Shown here piece after piece: positions 27,944 to 40,214 of a stretch of 64,000 nt of DNA. The stretch covers positions 2,976,001 to 3,040,000 of the forward strand of contig NC_043021.1 in NCBI RefSeq assembly GCF_006345805.1. Reading direction: 5' to 3'. Origin of the DNA: Octopus sinensis. Its lineage: Eukaryota. The notes beneath the pieces are model-generated. The model was not told the DNA's origin, did no database searches, and saw only the letters and a program-made list of their open reading frames with translations. Each line of letters starts with the position of its first letter. Within the stretch, counting starts at the first letter, position 1. The position numbers and the translations under genes were made by a program.

Positions 27944-28494
27944 CAGAGAGGTGTATATTATGTATGTCTCTGTATGTGTTTGTGTGTAAACCCTTGTCTA
28001 GACATCACATGATGTTTGTAAGTTAACGTCACCGTCATACAAGTGAGATTGTTTGTTTCCAGTCTTTGTCTTCTGTGAAAAACACGTCTAGCTATGAGAA
28101 AATATTCAGTATCATGCTTTGAAGCAAGTGAGGGTTTGCAACAAGCACATCTGGGCATAGAAATCTGCCTCAACAAATTCTGCTTGATCCACACAAGTAG
28201 GTCAAATAGAATTAAATGATGATGATGATGATGATGATGATGATATATATTTATACACACACACACACACATGTGTGTATATATATATATATATATCATC
28301 AGTGGATCATATATTCAAAAATAGAAGCACACTCTAAAGGTTTGAGCAGTAGTGGTTTTATAGGAAGTTAAATGCCCACAGCCATTGGAGTCTGAAGAGT
28401 CATCTATAAAGCTAAATGCTTTGTGGATGAGAAACAATTAGTCACTCTATGACTGGACATATTTTTAACTTCATGTAAATATCTATCTATCTAT

Positions 28495-29224
28495 ATGTGC
28501 CAGTGGCACATAAAAAGCACTATCCGAACGTGGCCGATGCCAGCGCTGCCCCAACTGGCTTCTGTGCCGGTGGCACATAAAAAGCACCATCTGAATGTGG
28601 CCGATGCCAGTGCCGCTCCGACTGGCTTCTGTGCCGGTGGCACATAAAAAGCACCATCTGAACGTTGCCAGCACCGCCTTGGCGGGCTTCCGTGCCACTG
28701 GCACGTTAAAGCTCCAACCGATCGTGGCCGATGCCGGACCCCCCCTGGCAACTGTGCAGGTGGCACGTAAAAAGCACCCACTACACTCGCGGAGTGGTTG
28801 GCGTTAGGAAGGGCATCCAGCCGTAGAAACTCTGCCAGATCAGACTGGAGCCTGGAGCAGCCCCTGGCTTCCCAGACCCCGGTCGAACCATCCAACCCAT
28901 GCTAGCGCGGAAAACGGACGTTAAACGATGATGATGATGATGATGATGATGTGACCGTTGCTGCCCCGACTGGCCTCCGTGCCGGTGGCACGTAAAAGCA
29001 CCATCCGTTCGTGGCCGTTTGCCAGCTCCGTCTGGCACCTGTGCGGGTGGCACGTAAAAAGCACTCACTACACTCGCGGAGTGGTTGGCTTTAGGAAGGG
29101 CATCCAGCCGTAGAAACACTGCCTGATCAGACTGGGCCTGATGCAGCCTTCTGGCTTCACAGACCCCAGTTGAACAGTCCAACCCATGCTAGCATGGAAA
29201 ACGGACGCTAAATGATGATGATGA

Positions 29225-29227
<3 letters not shown>
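28495..29227 (+). mobile_element. Two tandem family C SINEs with internal ~60-bp repeats
   Basis: GTGCCGGTGGCACATAAAAAGCACCATC repeated about 4 times; two (GAT)n tails at ~28928 and ~29213. Confidence 0.85.
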
Positions 29228-29282
<55 letters not shown>

Positions 29283-29289
<7 letters not shown>

Positions 29290-29752
29290 TCGCCATACTA
29301 ATATGGCAGTCTTATAAGTATAAGACTAAAGCTGTCGCTGATTAGCTCCAAGAGGCCACCGCCTCAAGCTAGCTATTTGACACACGAACCTGCGTCCATT
29401 ACAAACCTTCGAACAAGGGAGGTCAGCCGCTTCATCCTGCTAGTCAGACAGCTACAGACATGTTTCAGGGTTGTTGCCCCTTATCAATGCAGCGTAGTCA
29501 GACTTGCAGGTGTCGCTACTGATCTTCCCAGTTCGAAGGCTTTATTTACCTAGTTTCAGTGGAATACATCCACTTGTTTTCAATAATAGAAATATTAAAA
29601 TAACTAAGTCTCTCTAAAGGAGATTACGGCAGCGTTACTGGAAATTAATAGTTATATTTATAAGACTGCCATATTAGTATGGCGATAACTATTAATTTCC
29701 AGTAACGCTGCCATAATTTCCTTTAGAGAGACTTAGTAATTTTAATATTTCT

Positions 29753-29757
<5 letters not shown>
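29283..29757 (-). mobile_element. Penelope-like terminal element with interleaved inverted repeats and a hammerhead-like motif
   Basis: IR pair A 29283-29315 / 29661-29692; IR pair B ~29585-29655 / 29686-29757; type I hammerhead-like motif on the minus strand at ~29447-29495. Confidence 0.6.
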
Positions 29758-29812
<55 letters not shown>

Positions 29813-29815
<3 letters not shown>

Positions 29816-30604
29816 GATGCAATGGGTAAACTGTCACCATTTTATATTTTTAATTTCATGCATGCACATTGTTTGTTTTTGATTTTATTGACTACACAGT
29901 ATAGTAGGGTCAGTTGGGCACTGTCTGTGAGAAAAACAGCACCATGATGCAATTCACTCTGCCAGAAATTTGAAAATGACATGCTGTACTGCTTGGTATT
30001 CACGCTGGAAGCTCCAATATGAACATTTCGAAGTGTTTGGGTATCAATCTGAAGACATGTACTGAGAGTGATAAAAATCAAACATCCAATCAACATCATG
30101 GTTTTTGAAGTGATCACTGGTGATGGCAACGTTATGTCGCCATTCATCTTCCCACACTGCTTAAGATTCAACATGAAGGCCTACATCATGTTCCTGGAGG
30201 AGGTAGTGCTGCCCTGGGTCAAGAGGGTGGCTGTTGGAAGACTCACCATGCCACACAAGCAGGAGAAGCCAGTCATGGCTGTCAGACAATTTCTGAAACC
30301 GCATCACTCCTAACATCTGGCCACCTAGCTCTCCAGACTGCACTTCTTTTGATTATTATATGTGGGGCGCAGTTGAGCAAGAGGCCAAAAAAACTCCTTG
30401 TAACACCAAAACTGAATTGAAGGCAAGGATTATGCCAGCATTGAGGCTGTGGTTGAAGCCAATGGCGATTTTATTGAATAAATTTACTTCTTAGTATTTC
30501 AAGATATTTTTCTGTAATTTTGGTAAATATATCTGTTAAAATGAAATGTCAGTGTTATTTTCATTTTACTGTAATTTAGATGACAATTTATTTACTGCAC
30601 CCTG
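29813..30604 (+). mobile_element. Internally deleted maT-like (Tc1/mariner) transposon with TIRs and TA TSD
   Basis: TIRs CAGGATGCAATGGGTAAACTGTCACC and GATGACAATTTATTTACTGCACCCTG, both flanked by TA. Reads KHPINIMVFEVITGDGNVMSPFIFPHCLR...EEVVLPWVKRVA, then NIWPPSSPDC..FDYYMWGAVEQEAKKTPCNTK and EAVVEANGDFIE*. Confidence 0.9.
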
Positions 30605-30617
30605 TATATATATATAG

Positions 30618-30802
30618 GGAGAGTTTACGAAAAAAACAAAAGACGAAGACAGGTGGTGTACGAAACAAACAGATGTATTAGTATAGTGCTCAGGAATAAA
30701 AAAAGTCTTTTACGTTTCGAGCCTACGCTCTTCTACAGAAAGAGACACAGCAAAAACAAGGAGAGAAGCAAGGAGAGAAAAAATGTGAGTAGTGGCTAAC
30801 GA

Positions 30803-30805
<3 letters not shown>
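30618..30805 (-). mobile_element. Penelope-like terminal fragment with hammerhead-like motif
   Basis: Minus strand TCTTT-CTGTAGA-AGAGC-GTAG-GCTC-GAAACGTA-AAAGA. Confidence 0.55.
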
Positions 30806-30872
<67 letters not shown>

Positions 30873-31129
30873 CATCATCCATTAATATCTGTTTTCCATG
30901 CTTGCATGGATTAGATGGTTTGACCAGAGCTGGCAAGCTGGAGAGCTGCATGAGGGCTCAGTCTAATTTGGCCTGGTTTCCTCATCTGGATGCCATTCCT
31001 AATGCCAACCACTTTACAGAGTATGCTGGGTACTCTTAACTTGGCACCGCACAAGCACTTTTATGCAGCCCCAGCTCAAGTGCATTTCACATGGCACCAG
31101 CACAGGACTCTTGCAGTCCAATCCTCTTC

Positions 31130-31300
31130 ACCAGGGGGAGTAGCATTAACACTTCCACTGTGGAGGATGGGTCTTCTTGAGTACAGCAAAGCATCAGGTA
31201 TCTTGGTCCTTTGTCATCTCATCTGAAAGGTTCAGCATCCTGGGGTTGTCTTTCAGTACTTCATCCCATGTCTTCCTGCATCACCCTCTTCCACAAGTGC
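31130..31300 (-). pseudogene. RTE-clade LINE 3' fragment
   Basis: Minus frame CGRG*CRKTWDEVLKDNPRMLNLSDEMTKDQDT*CFAVLKKT matches the RTE C-terminal pattern GRGRPRKTW..V..D.......DR..WR. Confidence 0.65.
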
Positions 31301-31374
31301 AGGCTTGACATTGTGTGGTTAAGACATTCACTTCACAACTATATGTTGTGGGTTCAGTCTTGTTGTGCAGCACC

Positions 31375-33486
31375 TTTGGTAAGCATCTTTTGCTATAGGT
31401 GCTTTGGTAAGCATCTTTTGCTATAGGTGCTTTGGTAAGCATCTTTTGCTATAGGTGCTTTGGTAAGCATCTTTTGCTATAGGTGCTTTGGTAAGCATCT
31501 TTTGCTATAGGTGCTTTGGTAAGCATCTTTTGCTATAGGTGCTTTGGTAAGCATCTTTTGCTATAGGTGCTTTGGTAAGCATCTTTTGCTATAGGTGCTT
31601 TGGTAAGCATCTTTGCTATAGGTGCTTTGGTAAGCATCTTTTGCTATAGGTGCTTGGTAAGCATCTTTTGCTATAGGTGCTTTGGTAAGCATCTTTTGCT
31701 ATAGGTGCTTTGGTAAGCATCTTTTGCTATAGGTGCTTGGTAAGCATCTTTTGCTATAGGTGCTTTGGTATAAAAAAAAGGGGGGAGCATCTTTTGCTAT
31801 AGGTGCTTTGGTAGCATCTTTTGCTATAGGTGCTTTGGTAATCATCTTTTGCTATAGGTGCTTTGGTAAGCATCTTTTGCTATAGGTGCTTTGGTAAGCA
31901 TCTTTTGCTATAGGTGCTTTGGTAAGCATCTTTTGCTATAGGTGCTTTGGTAAGCATCTTTTGCTATAGGTGCTTTGGTAAGCATCTTTTGCTATAGTGT
32001 GCTTTGGTAAGCATCTTTTGCTATAGGTGCTTTGGTAAGCATCTTTTGCTATGGTGCTTTTGGTAAGCATCTTTGCTATAGGTGCTTTGGTAAGCATTTT
32101 GCTATAGGTGCTTTGGTAAGCATCTTTGCTATAGGTGCTTTGGTAGCATCTTTGCTATAGGTGCTTGGTAAGCATCTTTTGCTATAGGTGCTTTGGTAAG
32201 CATCTTTTGCTATAGGTGCTTTGGTAAGCATCTTTTGCTATAGGTGCTTTGGTAAGCATCTTTTGCTATAGGTGCTTTGGTAAGCATCTTTTGCTATAGG
32301 TGCTTTGGTAAGCATCTTTTGCTATAGGTGCTTTGGTAAGCATCTTTTGCTATAGTGCTTTGGTAAGCATCTTTGCTATAGGTGTTTGGTAAGCATCTTT
32401 TGCTATAGGTGCTTTGGTAAGAATCTTTTGCTATAGGTGCTTTGGTAAGCATCTTTTGCTATAGGTGCTTTGGTAAGCATCTTTTGCTAAGGTGCTTTGG
32501 TAAGCATCTTTTGCTATAGGTGCTTTGGTAAGCATCTTTTGCTATAGGTGCTTTGGTAAGCATCTTTTGCTATAGGTGCTTTGGTAAGCATCTTTTGCTA
32601 TAGGTGCTTTGGTAAGCATCTTTGCTATAGGTGCTTTGGTAAGCATCTTTTGCTATAGGTGCTTTGGTAAGCATCTTTTGCTATAGGTGCTTGGTAAGCA
32701 TCTTTTGCTATAGGTGCTTTGGTAAGCATCTTTTGCTATAGGTGCTTGGTAAGCATCTTTGCTATAGGTGCTTTGGTAAGCATCTTTTGCTATAGGTGCT
32801 TTGGTAAGCATCTTTTGCTATAGGTGCTTTGGTAAGCATCTTTTGCTATAGGTGCTTTGGTAAGCATCTTTTGCTATAGGTGCTTTGTAAGCATCTTTTG
32901 CTATAGGTGCTTTGTAAGCATCTTTTGCTATAGGTGCTTGGTAAGCATCTTTTGCTATAGGTGCTTTGTAAGCATCTTTTGCTATAGGTGCTTTGGTAAG
33001 CATCTTTTGCTATAGGTGCTTTGGTAAGCATTTTGCTATAGGGCTTTGGTAAGCATCTTTTGCTATAGGTGCTTTGGTAAGCATCTTTTGCTATAGGTGC
33101 TTTGGTAAGCATCTTTTGCTATAGGTGCTTGGTAAGCATCTTTTGCTATAGGTGCTTTGGTAAGCATCTTTTGCTATAGGGCTTTGGTAAGCATCTCTTT
33201 GCTATAGGTGCTTTGGTAAGCATCTTTTGCTATAGGTGCTTTGGTAAGCATCTTTTGCTATAGGTGCTTTGGTAAGCATCTTTTGCTATAGGTGCTTTGG
33301 TAAGCATCTTTTGCTATAGGTGCTTTGGTAAGCATCTTTTGCTATAGGTGCTTTGGTAAGCATCTTTTGCTATAGGGCTTTGGTAAGCATCTTTTGCTAA
33401 GGTGCTTTGGTAAGCATCTTTTGCTATAGGTGCTTTGGTAAGCATCTTTTGCTATAGGTGCTTTGGTAAGCATCTTTTGCTATAGC
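31375..33486. repeat. 28-bp minisatellite (CTTTGGTAAGCATCTTTTGCTATAGGTG) x ~75, embedded in a decayed family A SINE
   Basis: Direct count by length (~2110 bp / 28). SINE head at 31305-31375 and SINE continuation after 33486. Confidence 0.95.
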
Positions 33487-35305
33487 TCCAGGCTAACAGA
33501 ACACCTTTTTATGGGAATTTGGTGAAAAGATGATAAAAAGAAGTCCATTACATGTATATGAATGAATGACTGTGTAGTAAGAAGCTTGCTTCCCAAACAT
33601 GGTTCTGGGTTCAGTTCCACTGCTTGGCACCTTGGGCAAGTGTCTTCTACTATAGCCTCAGGTCAACCAAATCTTTGTGAGTAGATTTGGTTGACAGAAA
33701 CTGAAAGAAACCTGTTGGATATATATATGTATATATCCATGTGTGTGTGTCTGTATGTTTGTGTTTGTTTCCCCACTCCTCCACCACTTGACAACAGATG
33801 TTGGTGTGTTTATGTCCCTGTAACTTAGCAGTGCAGCAAAAAAGCCTGACAGAGTAGGTTTGTTCCTTCTCAAGCCATGCCTGGCTCATAAGGTCTGATT
33901 TCCTGGTTTCCTTGGTGTATAGGTTCCCCACCTGGACAGGACGCCGGTCCATCGCAGGTGAGCTGCAAGATGCAGGAGGAAAGAGTGAGAGAAACTTAGA
34001 GTGAAAGGCAGATTGCACAATGCTTATGTATGAACAGCAATGCAACCAGAGGGCTGCACCAGACCCCAGTCTGTTGTGGCATGGTTTCTGCAGCTTGGTG
34101 CATTTCCTAATGCAAACCACTTTACAAAGTGTACCAGGTGCTTTTATGTGGCACCAGCCCAAGTGCTTTTTTACATGGTACTGGCATAGGTGTTCATTGT
34201 TTTATGTGGTGTCAGCACAGGTACTTTTTACATAGTACCAGACAGATGTTTTTTACATGGCACCAGCACAAGTGCTTTTTATATGGAGCCAGCATCGCTA
34301 AATAAATTTCATTGAAAATAAGTATTCAATTATATTGGAGTTGTTTATCTCTATACACCCATGAACACTATTATCTACTTCTCTACATATTTCACTCCCT
34401 ATTCACCTTGACTGGGGTTACGATATCTGTTAGTGATGGAAAATGAAACTCCAGACATTAGGGAGATTTTAAAATTCTTCCCTGATGCAAATTTTGAAGC
34501 CTGTATCAGATTCACAATCATGAGGTAGTGAGTTTGATTCCTGGACCGGGTTGCATGTTGTGTTCTTGAGCAAGACTCTTTATTTCACATTGCTCCAGTT
34601 CACTCATCTGTAGAAATGAGTTGCGACATCACTGGTGCCAAGCCATATCGGCCTTTTCCTTTCCCTTGGATAACATCAGTAGCATGGAGTGGCTGGTATG
34701 CATGGGCGACTGCTGGTCTTCCATAAACAACCTTGCCCGGACTTGTGCCTGGGAGGGTAACTTTCTAGGTGCAATCCCATGGTCAGTCATGACTGAAGGG
34801 GGTCTCAGATATATATCTGTATCTGTATCCCCTGCTTGACAACCAGTGTTGGTGTGTGTCCCTGTAACTTAGCGGTTCAGCCAAATATACTGATAGAATA
34901 AGTACCAGGCTTAAAAATGAAGTCCTGGGGTCGATTTGTTTGATGTTTGACTAAAAATTCAAAGCTACAGTCTAATGACTGAAACAAAAAAAAAAAAAAA
35001 AAGAAAAAAAACAGTGCTCCAGCATGGCCACAGTCAAATGACTGAAACAAGTAAAAGAATAAAAGAATGTGTATGTGTGTGTATGTGTATTTCACCTATT
35101 CGTATGTATATGTGTGTGAGTATATATATGCATAATATCCACCTATATACATATGTATATATGTGTGCGTATATACATGTATAATATACACCTATATATA
35201 TGTGTGTGCATACATATATATGCATAATATCCACCTATATACATATGTATATATGTGTGCGTATATACATGTATAATATACACCTATATATATGTGTGTG
35301 CATAC

Positions 35306-35347
<42 letters not shown>

Positions 35348-36739
35348 ACACACTAGATAGCGTATTGAGTACTCTATTATTCCCGTTTGCTTGTCAATTT
35401 TCAAAAAAAAATTCGTAGACTCATACTATATTTCATAACCCCCTGCTTTCCTCCATCCTCACAAAAGATGTTTAACCTGGCGATCCTGTAGAGATAAAAA
35501 AAAAAACTATTGAATAAAGAAAAAAAATAAAATAATTTTTTTCTTTTTTCTTTTTTATGTTTAGATAAGTCTAGAAATGCGTTTATCTACCCCTGAATTT
35601 ATAATCTGGTGTTCGTGGCGCTGTTGTCGGTCTAAATTGATGGGAGATAACCCAGTGGTTAAAGCCAGCGTCTTTCTTTGATTCAATGGTTGAGTACTTC
35701 CAGCGGCGGATCCTCCGTCGTTAATATCAACATTTTTTACAATCAGTTTGTCTCCTAGCCTCCACAAAGCAGCCGGAAATGTGAAGGTAAAGCACCATAT
35801 TTCAGTTAACAATCGTGCATATTTTTTTTTTCCTTCCTCCTTCCCTTTGTTTTTCTGGCCCCCTTCTGAAAAAAATTTTCATGAATCATTTCTGAAGAAA
35901 TAACCTTTATTGTTTGTGGCGGGGGTGACGATGGTGACGGTGACGGTGGTCTGTTTCGTTTAAATGGTTTGAAAAATGGGGGTTCATTCTTCAATAGAAA
36001 ACATGTACGAAACGAAACCCCCATTATCTAATCGCGTACGAATGGAGGTATTTTTAAGGGTACAAGCGATGAATTAAGTGGCATGAGCACTTTCTTTTTG
36101 CTTTTACGGTCAGCCAACCTACCTCGACACGGTTCCATTTAAAGTACATGCTGTGTGTGTGTTTAAAAACCACTTTGCAGAGAAAGCATCTTTTCACCCC
36201 AAAAAATGCATCTGTCATTTTTCGAATATAATAAATAAATATTTATTTAAAACTAAGAATCGGGGTTTCAAATCGAATACCCCGAATTTTTATTAAAAAA
36301 ACACCCCCAAAAAACCCCCAAATTTTTTCCTTACATGGCACTGAATGAATGTTGACAATCGAAGTTTAGGGAAATATAATTTTAATTGATTCGGTTTAAA
36401 CCCTTTGACAACCAAGGAATCCACTCAAATATTTCATTTATAACCGACCTTACAATCATTTTATTCAATTTTTTTTATTCTACATCTTCATTTCTTTTCA
36501 CATTTTGTTGGTAAACCGAATAAAATATTCACTTTTGATTGTCACCATTCATTTATAATGTCACAAAATTTTCCCCCTTCTAATTTGCTTCACAAATGAG
36601 GTTGTCCATGATCAGCCTACACACACACACATATATATATATATATAATATTAATTAAGGGTAGAAATTGATATTTATCAATTAAAACCAGTGGTCTAGC
36701 ATATTAAAAAGAATCCGAAGATTAAAATATTTATATATA

Positions 36740-36838
36740 CCAATTAAGGACTGAACATAAATCTTTGTGGAGAATGGCGATTTGACGTCTATATCTAGCA
36801 TGTTGACTGTCCACTTTTCGTGTTCAGTCCTTAATTGG
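36740..36838. mobile_element. Very small TA-flanked MITE (~99 bp, ~18-bp TIRs)
   Basis: TA-CCAATTAAGGACTGAACA ... TGTTCAGTCCTTAATTGG-TA. Confidence 0.7.
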
Positions 36839-36839
36839 T

Positions 36840-36870
<31 letters not shown>

Positions 36871-37149
36871 TATGTGTGTGTATATGAAGCTCAATGTCCT
36901 CCTAAGTGACAAAAATTTATATCCATTTTTTTTTTTTTTTTTGTCTAAGAATCTCTCACGTCGTAAGAATTTCACTGTGAAAAAAAATAAATCGCTTTTC
37001 GCATTTCTCATCCTTGATTCTTTCTTTTTGTTCTTCAGAAAATAGTTTCTCCCTCTTTTTAGTAATTCCTACCAACCAGTTTGTGTCCCTGTTTGAGAAT
37101 AGTTTCCTTTTTTTCTTTTTAATAAATAAATCCTAGCCACCAAATAAGT

Positions 37150-37346
37150 CTGTAGACAGCAGATAGATGTGTGTGTATGAGTATATATATATATGATAGA
37201 TATATGTGTGTGTATGAGTATATATATATATGATAGATATATGTGTGTGTTAGAGTATATATATATATATATATAATATGTGTGTGTGTGTATGAGTATA
37301 TATATATATTACATATATATATGTGTGTGTGTAGGAGTATATATAT

Positions 37347-37397
<51 letters not shown>

Positions 37398-37960
37398 ATG
37401 AGAGTAATATATATTATATAATATATAATAGATATATGTGTGTGTATGAGATATATATATTATATATATATATAATAGATATATGTGTGTGTATGAGTAT
37501 ATATATATTATATATATATATAATAGATATATGTGTGTGTATGAGTATATATATATTATATATATATATAATAGATATATGTGTGTGTATGAGTATATAT
37601 ATATTATATATATATATATAAAATAGATATATGTGTGTGTATGAGTATATATATTATATATATATATATAAAATAGATATAGTGTGTGTATGAGTATATA
37701 TATATTATATATATATATATAAAATAGATATATGTGTGTGTATGAGTATATATATATATATATATATATAAAATAGATATATGTGTGTGATGAGATATAT
37801 ATTATGTATATATATATATATATAGATATATGTGTGTGTATGAGTATATATATATATATATATAATAGATATATGTGTGTGTATGAGTATATATTATATA
37901 TATATATATATATATAATAGATATATGTGTGTGTATGAGTATATATATTATATATATAAT
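37150..37960. repeat. Compound minisatellite (ATAGATATATGTGTGTGTATGAG-(TA)n)
   Basis: About 17 variable-length units directly visible. Confidence 0.9.
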
Positions 37961-38136
37961 GATTATATATTTTAACATCTTATTGGAATTATCGAAATCA
38001 GAAATTCCTTGCTAAAACAATCTAGTTTATCCATTTAACTTATATCGAGTCCTTTTTGGATTTCTAGCTTTTCTTGAGCTTATATATAACTAAACGTATA
38101 TATATAGACTGTATAATGTATGTATATATATATATC

Positions 38137-38172
<36 letters not shown>

Positions 38173-38219
38173 ATTTTCTGGACCATAAAGAGCCATTGCT
38201 GCTGTCTCTGAGAACCAAG

Positions 38220-38780
38220 TCCCACTCACACTCTGTCTCTTCTCCTCTCTGTCTTTCTTGCAAATATCTCGCTATACCTTCTTCTTTCTAATTACTCCAG
38301 CTCTGTGCCTCCCCTTTTTCCCCCTCTCCTTCATATTTCCTTTTTCATTTGTTCTTTTTTTCTCTCTTTTTTTTTAATCCATCTTTCACTCTCTCTCACT
38401 TACATCTCCGCCACCTCCTCCTCCTACCCCTTCTCTATAATTCGTATAATTTTCTCCCGTCCTCCTTCTCTGTCTCTCTCTCCTCTTGCTTTTACCCCCT
38501 TTTCCATCTTTTTCCCTCCCTCTTTCTTTGTGTTTTACCTTATTCATTTCTCCCTCCTCTCTCTCTCTCCATTTTTTTATTCTCACCTTTTCTCCTTCTT
38601 TCTCTCTCTCTCCTCCTCCTCTCTCTAACCCTTCCTTATCATTTATATATGCTCTTCCTTTTTTCGTCTTCATCCATTTGCTCTTCCCTCTCTCGCGTCA
38701 ACATTTTACACTCTTTTATTTCCTTCCTTCCTATTTTTCACCCCCCACTCCTTCATCTTTCTTGCCTTCTGTTCATATAC
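38220..38780. repeat. CT-rich polypyrimidine tract
   Basis: Directly visible; source of the F/L/S-rich ORFs. Confidence 0.85.
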
Positions 38781-39379
38781 ATACAGTTTTACTTATATAT
38801 ATATACATATATATGAAACACATAGACACACTATATTTCTACACACACACATATATATATCTGTGTATTTCCATTACCTTTCTGTCTGTGTTCACTACAA
38901 GAAGAAAAGAATCTGACCTCCCTATTTTTTCGCCGTCGTCACTTCAACAAAACTGAAAAATATATGACGAAGCGCCGTTAACAGGAATTCATACCCGAAT
39001 CTATATTCGCCATCATACCCTCGCCTTTATATCACCTAGACTGAACACACACAGTATATATAGTATATATATATATATATACACCAACGACCTATACATA
39101 GAAGAAGGTAGTCTGCCGAAATCCGGGCTAATGTTTTAATGGTCCAGTGGCGAGGTCAACGTGTCGACTGGTTTTTTGTTTTTTTTTTCCAGTCGTTTTC
39201 CATTACTCTTTCCCCATTCACTGTTATCTTTCTCTGCCTGCCACCCCGTTTATTCTTGGTACTCGGGTGGTGATTATTGCTACTGTGTGTGTGTGTGTTT
39301 TTTTCCTTAGATGAGAATTGAGATGTAGTTGGTGTGGGACCCACTTGGCTTGTGTGTGTGTGTAATATATATATATATT

Positions 39380-39590
39380 AAGTAGAAAGAATAGCCAAAA
39401 CTCTTTGACTGCTATTTCTAAATTCGGTGTGTGGTGAGGCAAATCGTTGCTATACCCTTAATTACTTAGTATTACTTAAACCCCTTCCTTGAATGGGGCT
39501 TTTACATGCCGAAACTCTACTTGGTGAAATTAATGATTATTTCTAAATTAATTAATTTCACCCTTTATTATTGATAATATATATATATAT
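39380..39590 (+). repeat. ~210-bp element nearly identical to 45563-45770
   Basis: AAGTAGAAAGAATAGCCAAAACTC...CACCCTTTATTATTGATAA present twice with only a few indels. Confidence 0.85.
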
Positions 39591-40214
39591 ATGTACCTCT
39601 CAGGGCATGGTTAAGTACAATTTAACTGCATCTACAATTTTTTGCCAATCAACGTGTTGTGTGTGCTTTTTTTTTCTAAAAAAAAAATATTTTTCTTTCT
39701 GAGCTAAGGAAAGATTAGATTTTTGCTTCTTATCCCCATTTTAACGTTGTTCTTCTTCTTTTTTTTACCAAAGAGAAGAGAGAGAGAGAGAAGATGGCGT
39801 TTTGTCTTTGATTTCAGATAACTGACCAAGCACTCACGCACACACACAGTTCTCTCTTTCTTTCTCTCTCTCTCTCACACACAGTTCTCTCTTTCTCTCT
39901 CTCTCTCACACACTCAGTTCTCATACATTTAAGCAATGTGTGTGTGTATGTGTGATTGTGTTTGTACTTGTCCATTGATCTGAAACCAGGCGAAACGCTA
40001 CGCAGACACACACACGTGTGTATGTGTGTGAATAACGTTACACAGGGCGGCGGCGGGAGGACAGCGAAATTAAAAGATACATATTGATATCTTCTCCTAT
40101 ATTTCATTCATTTGATTTTTTCTTTTCTGATGTTAATTGGTTGTTATATGATGTTGTGTGTATATGGTCTTCGGTGTTCGTTACACACAGAAGCTACATT
40201 TGATCACATTTTTA

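Noticed and set aside
31769-31787. TAAAAAAAAGGGGGA interruption in the satellite
   Set aside because: Most likely a long-read consensus error; the single-base indels in neighbouring units point the same way.
31375-33486. Satellite as a CRISPR array or as the coding repeat KAPIAKDAY
   Set aside because: No spacers, the 28-bp unit is not a multiple of 3, and it derives from a SINE.
35561-35812. 83-aa minus ORF in CpG-rich sequence as a gene
   Set aside because: No recognisable homology, non-ATG start, no clear splice signals; covered under the CpG-domain finding.
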